A stretch of DNA of 64,000 nucleotides from Proteromonas lacertae (taxonomy: Eukaryota): positions 62,001-126,000 of the forward strand of contig NGBS01000294.1 of assembly GCA_002245135.1 (NCBI GenBank). Reading direction: 5' to 3'. The notes below the pieces were generated by a model, which ran no database searches, was not told the origin of the DNA, and saw only the letters and a list, made by a program, of their open reading frames with translations. Both the position numbers and the translations under genes were made by a program. Positions 53,474 through 64,000 of the stretch are shown one piece after another (within the stretch, counting starts at the first letter, position 1; each line of letters begins with the position of its first letter).

Positions 53474-56400
53474 ATGAATAAAATCGATTATTTTATCAAT
53501 GAGACATTTGAAACAGAACGAAAGTATTTAGAATTTTTAAAGTATAATATTTCATGATCTAATTATATTAGTGTGTTATATGATGTTTATTTTGTTCCAT
53601 TCAATAAATTAAATCTTAAAAATGAGATTGTAAATAATTTTATACCATACTTAAAACCAATTATCGATTTACACACAGAGATAGTGGATGGCTTTAATAG
53701 GATAGGAAAAGATAATATTAGTGCTGAAAATAAAGTAACAGGAATATGTGACATTTTATCTCGAAATAGTGACAAATTCAGAGTTTATCTTAATTATTTC
53801 AGAGATAATCAAAGATTTATAGAAGAAATACATAATTTATTATCAAAGAAGAAATTTAGAGCAATTATAGATGAAGGTATAAAGAATCCAAATTGTGATG
53901 GTTTAAATTTTGCTTCGATAGAGATAATGCCAATACAAAGATTACCTCGTTATATATTATTATTAAAAGAATTATCAAAATGCATAAATGAAAACAACAA
54001 TAATGTAAAAGAAAAAATAACAACTACAAGTAAATCAATAGATATAGTAATTCAAGAATGTAATAAATCATTAAATGAGTATATAGCTGAATCAACAGTA
54101 AAAAGAATATTTGATGAATGGGGTAAAAACATATTAATATTAAAACCTAATCGTAAATTCATAAAAGAAGGTGATTTATATAAGAAGAAAGATAAAAAAT
54201 ATCGATTTGTATTATTCAATGATAGTTTGATGTATGGTCAAGCTTCAATAATGGGAAAATCCATAAAATTCCATAATATATTTAATTTAAATGAAATCCG
54301 AATAAATGATTTAAATGAGAATAAATATGCATTATCATTTCAACTAGTAAGTTCAATCAAATCATTTGTAGTGACATTTTCAAATGAAAATGATATGAAA
54401 AGTTGGAAAGAAGCAATAAACACAACTAAAGAAAATTTAATCAATAATAATCCAACATTATCAGTAGTTGTAAAATATGCATTTGATGATAGTAGTAAAT
54501 ATTGTATGAATAATGAATGTTCAAATGAATTTGGTCGATTTGAAAAGAGAATAATGTGTTATAAATGTGGAAGAGTATGTTGTGAAAAATGTTTAGGAAA
54601 TAACAGTAGAGATAGATATAAATGTGATATTTGTATGAAAGAAAGTTCATTATTAAGTCCATCACATTCTCCATCAACTCCAAGATCTTCAACAATCAAT
54701 GGATTTGAAATAATGGAGAATGATTTGACATTTAAAGATAATGATGATGTTTATTATAAAGATAAAATGAATAAAAGAGAGTATGAAAAAGAGAGTGAAA
54801 TGATGAAAGAAATAATAAAAGAGAATAATGAATCTATAATGATGATTAATGATGGTATAGAAAAAGAAGAATTGTTGTATTATAATGAAGAAAGTAATAA
54901 AGAAAAAGAAATATGTGAAATACCTTCATCAGATAGAAAAATAGATTTTAATCAGAATTTATCGTTTATTAGAAATAATACAACAAATAATGTGATAGAA
55001 AAATCAGTATCAGATACAACAGTTGGAATAGATAAAAGTAGAATATTTGAAAGAAGAATAAATTCAAATAGAAAAAAGTCAATTCTTTTACCTCCTCCTT
55101 CTTTAACACCACCTTATTGTATATCACCCAAAACAGATGAAAATATGAATGATGAAAGTGCAAAAGATAATAATTATGAAAATGTTAAACCCTCCTCATC
55201 TTCTGATAATGAAATGGATGAAGAAAAGATAAAAGCAATAGCAAACAGATATGATAAAAGAGAACATTATGTTAGTACAATAAAACCAGAACTAATAATA
55301 GTGAATTGTGATATTCAAACAATGAAAGGAATTGATATGGAATCAATAGAAACAAGTACAGAAAGAATAATATTTAGTTTTAGTAATGAGAATATTGATA
55401 TAATAAATAGGGAAGATAGTGATAATCACATAATAATTTCTAATTTGAATTTGATAATAGAAGAAGAAAAAGAAAAAACAAAAGAAGAAGAAGAAGTTAT
55501 ACAAAAGTTAGAATTTGTTGAATCAGAGAAATGTGAAATGAGAGTGAGAGAACATGAATTAACTTCAATTAAAACTCCAGTAGAAACAATCGAAAGTTGT
55601 ATTAATAGTGAAAGAAAACCAGAATTGATAGATAGTGAAAGTAATACAGAATCAACAAAAATGAAACTAATAGAATCACATTCTATTGATTTAGAGAATA
55701 TAAAGAGAATGGAAAGTGTCATGTCTCCTGTTGAAAATATAGATACTTCAACCATTAATAAGAATAATAAACCTGAAGTTAAAGATAATGAAAGTAATAC
55801 AGAAGAAAGAGAAATGAGATTAATAGAATGTAATTCTATATTTTTACAACCCAGTAAGAAAATGGAAAGTGTATTATCTGCGGTTGAAAATGTAGGTAAT
55901 ACTCTAAAGAATGTTTTAACATTTTGGAATAGATGGTTAGAATCGAAAATGAAAGGATTTAATGTATATTTATAAATATAATGTTATAGATTATAAAGAA
56001 AATATGCAGAAAAGAAAATTGCATTAATTTTATAGTAAATAAAGATAAGTATAATGAGTTTAAGGTAATAAAGATATATAAAAAGAAGAAGGTTATAATA
56101 GAAGATGAAGAGAAATATAAGAATTGTTTAGATAAATAGAAGATATTGGATATTACTCACATATGTAGAATTGAAGAAGTGAAATATGAGAAAGATTATA
56201 TTATAATAATGATGAATAAATATTCTACATCAGTTGAGAATATCCATCCAATTAAATTCTACGAAGAAATTGGAATAGGAGAGATATTGAAAAAGATATG
56301 TGAATGTGTAAATTTGTTTCATGAAAATAGGTTTAATTTATGGTAATTTAAAACCTTCAAATATTTTAATTGATGAAGAAGGTGATTATTATTTTAGTGA

Positions 56401-57047
56401 TTATTTCTGTAACTTATTGAATGGTAGAATGAATTACAATAAAAATGAAATTTCATATTTCAGTCCAGAAATTCTAACAAATGGTGAAATAAGTGAAAAG
56501 TGTGATATTTGGTCAATTGGATGTATAAATATATTATTTGAAAAGTGGAAGAAGAGTATATGATGGTGATAAGAATGATGAAATTTTAATAAAAATATTA
56601 AAATGTGAATACAATAAATTAGATTGTGAATTTAGTGAAGTATTTAATTCATTAATAGCAAAAACCTTGAAGAAAAATCCATTAGAAAGGCCCTCAATGA
56701 GTGATTTAAAACAAGATATATATGGTATAGTTTTATTAAAATATAGTTTAAATAGAAGTAATAAGAAAAGAATATTCGAAATCCTTAGAAAGTTACAATG
56801 AATGTTTGGAGTATATCACAAATGATGAAGAAAAATATGATTTACACTTATGCATAGGAAAATGCTATTATTCATTAGTATAATATTATAAATAAACAAT
56901 AACTATTATACTAAACTAGGGTAAATACAATGAATCGTTGAAATCTTTAGAAAAATCATTAAAATATTTATCTAATTTAAATGATAGTACAAACTGTGAA
57001 ATTGATAATTTAGTTGAAATATGCAAGAATAAATTGAACAAATTATA
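53474..57047 (+). CDS. DH(RhoGEF)-PH-FYVE-like (FGD-type) protein, apparently spliced to a disrupted pseudokinase and TPR-like tail
   Basis: INETFETERKY, IMPIQRLPRYILLLKEL, FIKEGDL..FVLFNDSL..W, and a FYVE-like 8-Cys cluster. An intron near 55963-55989 leads into YGNLKPSN, YFSPE, DIWSIGC and NPLERPS, with frameshifts. Confidence 0.75.
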
Positions 57048-57232
57048 GTTATTTTAATTTGAGTAATATGTTTAAATTATTTTTTATAAATCATATATTT
57101 ATTTGATATAAATGAATTATAGACTGTAATGAATAACATTTTAGTAGTTTCTTCTTCAAAAGTAATTCCTTTTTGATTTTATGGGAGGAAATGAAAAATA
57201 AAATACATAAATATATAAAATAAAATACTATT

Positions 57233-60200
57233 CTACAACATCTCACATTCACCATTTTCTATATTCTTTTTGTATAATTCTCCTTCACTTGTAGCACATA
57301 CTTCAAATTTACCATTTTCAATTATATCTCCTATTTTTATATTTTTTTTCTCTTTCCACTCTTTAGGAACATCAAATGTTGTATCACCAGTTTTTCTATT
57401 GAAATAATAGTAACTATCATTTTCTTTATCATAACCTTTATGATATTTATCATCTTCAACTGGTATATATTCATCTTCTTCATCCTCTTCAAATAAACTA
57501 TTTATATCCACTTCTTCTACAATATTTGTAATAATTTTATCAATTGTATCCATGCAACCAATATCTATAACCAGATTTTTTATTTCCTTATTGATAGCCT
57601 TACTAATATTGCTATTATTCTTTATACTGTTTTCTATTGTTTTTATTCTTTCCATTACTTCGGATATTTTGGATATGTTCTGTACATCATTTCCATTAGC
57701 TAGCTTTTCCATTTCTTTTCTTGTTTCTTCTAATGATGTTAATCTTTGAGTTATGCGTTCCATTTCTTCTTCTTTATCATTTAAACTATTTATATCTTTT
57801 ATTTCTTTACCTGTTTTATCATATATGGCTTTTATTTTTTCATTCTTTATTGCAAAAACTTCATCTTCTATTTTCTTCATCTTATTTTCTATATCATCTA
57901 AATGATTAGTTTTTTCTTTTGATTCTTCTTCTCCCCTCTTTTCTATTTTCTTTATCTTTTCTGTTAAATCATTCTTTATATTTGATAAGTTTATATCACA
58001 ACATTCAACTTTATCTGTCAATTCTTTTAATTTCTTTTCATTTTCACTATTTCTGCTTATTTCTAAATCATTATTACCTTCTTCATCTCTTTCTTTGACT
58101 ATTTCATTTTTCATTCTACCTACTTCATTTTCAATATTCTTCACTTTCTTTTCTATTTCTTCTAATTTATTGATTTTATCTTTTGATTCTTCTTCTTCTT
58201 TTTCTTCTATCTTCTTCAGTTTTTCATCTATATCATCTTTTATTGTTGATATCTTCTTATCACCATTCTCTACTTTCTCTAACAACTCTTTTATTGTCTT
58301 TTCATTATTTATATTTTTGTTTATTTCTGAATAATCTATACCTTTACTATGAAATACTTCCACTTCTTCATCTTTTTCTTTCTTAATTGTAGATAATTCA
58401 TCTTCTATTTTTTTAATCTTATCCTCAATTTCACTTAATTGACTGGGTTTATTGTTTGACTCTTTTTCTTCAATCTTCTTCAATCTTTCATCTATATCCT
58501 TTTTCATCGTAAATACTTTCACATCAATACGTTCAACTTTATCTACATACTCTTTTACATTATATTCCTTCACACTATTTTGGGTTTTCTCAGTATTATT
58601 ACCATTTTCATTTCTTTCTTTTTTAATTGCAGAAATATCATTTTCTATATTCTTCATCTTCTTTTCCATTTCTTCTAGTTTATTGATTTTTTCTTTTGAC
58701 TCTTCTTTTTCTTTTTCTTTTTCTTCGATCTTCTTTATTCTTTCATCTAATTCACTCTTTACTGTTGATATTTTCATGTCATTATTATTTTCTACTTTCT
58801 CAACAAACTCTTTTATTGTCTTTTCATTTTCAATTTTCTTGTTTATCTCGGAGGTAATAACAGTTTCATCTTTCTCTGCCTTTATTTGTTTTATTTTTTC
58901 TTCTAATAATTCAATATCTTCTTTATGTTTCATCTCTAATTCACCAATTCTATTGTTCTCTTCTCTTATCTTTTCATTATTATCTATAAATCATATATAT
59001 ATGTATATTTACATTTCTCTAATTCTGTTATTCTACTCATATTCTTTATATCTGTATCTAAATATTGATTCTTTAGTATTTCTTGGTTGTTATTTTCCAT
59101 TTCTGTAACAGATTTGTATAACATTCCATAAGAATACTCTAATGCAACAGTATTTACAAGTGAATCAACAATCTATATTAATTATATATAATTATATAAA
59201 TATATACTGTTTTGATTGCTATTTCATTATTATTCTCTATTTCTTTACTCTGTACATTCTCAAATCTTTCATTTATATCATTTTTTATTTCATTTATATC
59301 CTCTTCCAATGTTCCAACAAGCGTTAATAAATCGCTATTATTACTATCTTTATTCTTCTATTTAATAATATAAAAACTATTGTAATTATACAACTGCTTC
59401 TATTTCATTATTCTGATTTTTGATTCTTTCATTCATCTTCTCTAATTTTATCTTATTATCATCGTTATAACTCTCTATTTTATTTCCTATTTGTTCTGTA
59501 CTAATTCTACAACAATGAATAGACTGAATCAGTTCATTATGAAGATTTGTGTTTATCTTATCAACAGCTATATTGGCTTTATTTTCACTTTCTTTTACTA
59601 CTTCTAATAAGTAATCTTTATCTATTATTTAATAATAATAATAAGTAGAAAAATACATTCATCAAGTATTATTTGATTTACTAATTTATCACATTCATAA
59701 ATTAGCATCATCTCCTTGGCATTATCTTTAATTTCATTAATTCTTTTAATACTATTACTATTAACCTTATTATTATTATTATCGATAATCTTCATATCAG
59801 CTATAATATCATTATCACTTTTAACTAATTCATCACATCTATTATTCAATACATTTATCATCTCTAATTGTTCACTTACATGCTTATTGATGAATAACTT
59901 ATTCTCCAATATTTCAGATTCAATATAAGAATGTAAACTGTTTGACATATCATTAATACGATTCTCTAGTTTAATATATTCATTTAATTGATTGTTTTTT
60001 TCTTCATTATTAAATATGAATATTTTATTATCTATATCTTTTTCATTCTCCATTCTGGCTTTCACTTCTTCTCTAATTATCTCCTCCAAGTTTTTACATA
60101 ACTTTTTACACTCTATTAATGTATCACAACAGTTATGATCAAGCCTATTCAAACGTATTTCTACTCTATCTTTATATTGGTCAAGTAATAACTTATATTG

Positions 60201-61310
60201 TTGAAAGTTTATATTATATTTCTCCTCATCATTAGATTGACTCTTTATTTTTTCTTCATTTGATTTGGTTATTCTTATTGTATCATTCATCTGATTTTCT
60301 ATTTTACTTACTTTATCACTTAATAACTTTCTTTCTCTCATTTCATCATATATTGTTCTTTCACTATTTGTCACTTTTGTCAATAAAGAAGCCCATTTTG
60401 AAAAATCACTAGAGTTTTTAAAATTCTATATATTTAATAAATATATTATTATTATTATTATACTTCATTTGTCTCTTTACCATCACTAGTATTATTATTA
60501 ATATTATTATTGATAGGATATCTTAACAATATATCCATTTCACTACTCAATTTTATAGTTTCACTTTTCATTCTGTCATTGTCATTGGCAATTTCATTCA
60601 TCTGATTAAATAATTTGATTATCTCTTTTTTCATTAAATTATTTTCTTTATAAAGTTTGTTTTGATTAATATCAAAACTATTTAATCGACTATTTTGTTC
60701 ATTTAAAACCACTTTTATCTCTTTTATTTCACTTTTCAATAACTCATTTTCTTTGTTCAATATCTTTATGTCATTTTCTAGTGACTCATATTTTCTTTTA
60801 GTTTCTGTGTTTATTTTATTCATATCTTTTCTTTTGATAGTCTCTAAATCTAAGTCTTTTGATAGATCGTTTATGCTTGTGTTTAATTTAGCTATTTGCC
60901 TAACGTCATCTGCATGACTTGCTAATATTCTATCAACTTTCGAATTCAATAATTCATATCTATAATCATTACTATTCTGATTATTCACATTTAAACGATT
61001 CATACTACTTTCTCTATATTTTATAGATTACAAATTATATACAAAATATTAGGAGCATTTAATCTACCTAGTGGAGGTAAGCATTTAACTGGAGTCACCT
61101 TATCTATTTTACGATCATCTCCATATTTATTACTGTTATTACTTAAACTCATTCTATACTCATCTTCTAATAGTAATTACAATAAATATGAGAATACCGT
61201 TGATAGGTTTGAATAATTCACTTTCTTCTTCTTTAATTTTGTACTTATTGGAACCTATATTCAATTACATCTAAATATATACTCTTATTGGTTAAACTGA
61301 ATAAGTTCAT
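57233..61310 (-). CDS. Long coiled-coil protein with C-terminal WW-like domain (multi-intron)
   Basis: K/E-rich heptad ORFs joined by short introns. YHKGYDKENDSYYYFNRKTGDTTFDVP near the C-terminus. Confidence 0.7.
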
Positions 61311-61392
61311 TCAATCAGTTATATTTTTGAAACGATTTCTTTTTTTAGAATAATCTCAAACTTTTTTTATCAAGCTTTTTATATTTTCAAAA

Positions 61393-62157
61393 ATGTCGAA
61401 GCTATTGATAATAGCAGGAGTTAAAAAGGAATATTTGGAAAGAGAAAAATGTCGTGCACGTGATTTCATAAAATTAGATTCGTATAGCTATTCATGTTTG
61501 TTATTTCACTTATATAGAGCAAATTTGCAATTTATATATTATGATTTTAAAGAAGATATTAATTTACTTGAATTTTTATTTACAGACTATGAAGAAACTA
61601 AGTTAGAGAATCTTGTGGTTGATTTGAAGAATATCTTCCCTACTTACAATTTATATTTGGTGGATTATACTAAACCAACTGATAGTACATTTTTAATTTA
61701 TAAATAATGTTAATAATTGTAATAGGTGAATTATCCTTCTTAGTTACAGAGATGACAATGAAATTAGAAAAGCAACATACTAAGAATAATACTATATTGC
61801 CACAGAAACGCATTGTGCCATCCGAATCCATTGATTCAGATGATACAGAAGAATTAAAACAAAAACCCAAGAAAAGAAAGAGAAATGGAAGGAAAAAGTC
61901 ATCCACAAAGAAAGTTGAAGAAGAAAATGAGAATTATGAAGTTGAAAAGGTGTTAGACTGTCGTAAAAGAAAAGTATAATGTAATTATAGTAATATATAG
62001 GGTATTAAGCAATATTTAGTAAGATGGAAAGGATATGGTAGTGATGAAGATACGTGGGAGCCTTTATCTGTATATTTATACCATTTTATATTATTTTCAG
62101 CATTTTAATGACAAAAAACCTGTTGTTGAATTTGAAGCTCAGAAAAAGAAGAAATAA
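61393..62157 (+). CDS. Chromodomain protein
   Basis: Spliced [38 protein letters not shown] with aromatic-cage residues retained. Basic NLS-like segment upstream. Confidence 0.9.
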
Positions 62158-62420
62158 TAAAGTTATAAATAACACAAATTTTGACTTATATTTGTTTTTG
62201 GTAATTAATTAATTCAAAGAATATAAAATGAATGGCCATGAATTATCTCGAAAGGGACATTCTGAAAATAGTGAGAGATAGTCTAAATTTTCATTAAGAA
62301 AGAATATTTTGATTATTAAAAAATAGTTTCGTTTTGAATTTTTTTGAATCAAACAAACAATCAAGTTTTTTATTTTTTTTGTAATGACTTTATTTGAATA
62401 ATTATTATAAATATAAACCA

Positions 62421-64000
62421 ATGAATGCTTTTGTGAATGGACTAGCCTCTAGTGGTATTGATAATTCTTTTGATAACGATGAAGTATATTGATTTTGTTA
62501 TTCTATAGGAGGAAGAAGATTGGGATAAAGAGTTTGGTATAAGTGATGAAAATTCCAGTATACCTAGCATTTAATATTTTTTAGGTGAAGTTAGCAAGTC
62601 AATTCTTTATTTAAGAAATATAATGAATGCAGAATCTCCAATTCACAAAACTAAAAAAAGTCATAACTCATTTACCTCGAAACCACCTACTCTTTTATCT
62701 AGAATTAGTGTATAAATCAAAATTATATATTATATTGCATTTAGAAGACAGATGAAATATGCAACCTTAATAAGACATCATATGTAAATGAAATATTTGA
62801 TCATGCACAACATCATTACTTCTTTCCAAAATATGTATAAATTAATCTTGTATATATGTTTATATAGAATTCTGGTTTGAATCTAACAGAGTTAGCAAGT
62901 ACAATAATACCTGACAGCACATTAGATATACAGAGTAGACTAAAAACATCGTTAATGGTTTTGTACAACCTTTGTGAAGTAGGTGAATATGAATTAGTAT
63001 TTAAGAACATGATAGAGTATTTAACAATGATCTTTTACCCAATGAAAATATCAGATAGTTACTTGCAGAAAGAGATATTCAATTTAAGTGAATATTTGTT
63101 AGAAATAATTAGAATCAGTTATGATGAATATATAAAAATTACAGACTTCAATAATATTCCTTTAAAGAGTTATATTGTCTCAGTATTCAAGATTTTGTAT
63201 CAAGCCTTACCAAACTATTACTATCCGTTGAGTTTGTATGAGATAAATTTTGCTGCACATTATAGTAATTGTTTTAAAGATATAATAATTCAAAAAGTAG
63301 AAGGTGAAGAAACAACAGAAGTAGATGGAGAAGTAGATATTCATGAAAATAGTAGTCTATGGCCATTTGTTGAGTTTGATGTTGATAAAAGTGATTTACA
63401 GTTAAAGAATGTATTAATTCCGTTGAGATATCATGAATTATATACAAAATTAACAGTGTCATCCTTTAAAACTCCTAAAAAACATAGTGAAAGGTCAACA
63501 GACAAATTTGAAAAAGAAAATGCACATAAAGAATTAATTGATAAGAAATTAGATATTAAATACCTTCAAGCAAGTATAAGATTATCGTTAAGTCTATATT
63601 ATTACAATTTATCACCCTTAAATCTCTGTTCTATATTTAATACTAATGGAAGCAGTGGGAATAATAATTATATTCCACCAGATAATAATTCATCATCTTA
63701 TTTAGGAAAATCCAAAAAGTTTGGTTCAGAAATATCCAGTAGCCAATCATTTAATAACTCATCATCTTCTCCCACATCTCCTAATAATAACAGCAATAAT
63801 AGTAATGATTTAAATTCATTTATAGACGAAGAGGATAATTTATCAGATTTGTATAAATTATTATATAAAATTGAAGATCCTATACTTCAAAGTAAAATAT
63901 CATTTATTATATTATATTCTGAATTTCATGAGAATAATAACATTTCATCTAATAGCAATAATAATATTAATAATGTGATAAATAACAAGCTGAACGATGT
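62421..64000 (+). CDS. Hypothetical protein, 3'-partial
   Basis: ATG at 62421, several short exons (EEEDWDKEFG), then a long exon from about 62869 that appears open toward the window end. Confidence 0.65.

Noticed and set aside
57552..59928. Hydrophobic Phe/Ser/Ile-rich plus-strand ORFs (also 35537-35986, and minus-strand 44963-45343)
   Set aside because: They are antisense shadows of Lys/Glu/Asn-rich genes on the opposite strand.
1..64000. Stop-codon reassignment or poly(A)-generated stop codons
   Set aside because: Conserved genes end in genomic TAA, TAG or TGA at expected positions, and internal stops are mostly explained by short introns or indels.
1..64000. tRNA, rRNA, snRNA or snoRNA genes (intergenic stretches 21060-21340, 22960-23400, 32880-32975, 38400-38560 inspected)
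   Set aside because: No cloverleaf, convincing C/D box pair with guide, or recognisable snRNA core; isolated box-like words are expected by chance at this AT content.

Overview
Very AT-rich, gene-dense eukaryotic (protist) nuclear DNA using the standard genetic code. Introns are very short GT-AG type (about 25-45 nt), which breaks most genes across several ORF-track entries, and several divergent gene pairs are under 100 bp apart. Tiny introns, a mastigoneme-type EGF module, a BTB + putative-Ig protein and bacterial-type enzymes suggest a gut stramenopile of the Blastocystis/Proteromonas kind; this is inference only. Main content: (1) the 3' part of a giant Cys-rich protein built from near-identical 1323-bp repeats, ending in a mastigoneme-like EGF block; (2) three pseudokinase fusion genes (two with LRRs, one behind DH-PH-FYVE); (3) housekeeping genes: RluA pseudouridine synthase, SBDS, calnexin, AP-1 mu, TAF11, PX-BAR sorting nexin, TTLL, a PHO80-like cyclin and a chromodomain protein; (4) two intronless bacterial-type enzymes (aldo-keto reductase, adenosine deaminase); (5) a protein made of three RAMA-like domains; (6) a 5.4-kb inverted duplication (40495-45936 / 47799-53257) carrying gene fragments. 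Gene spans include introns and were spliced by eye. Domain calls come from motif recognition, not database searches.
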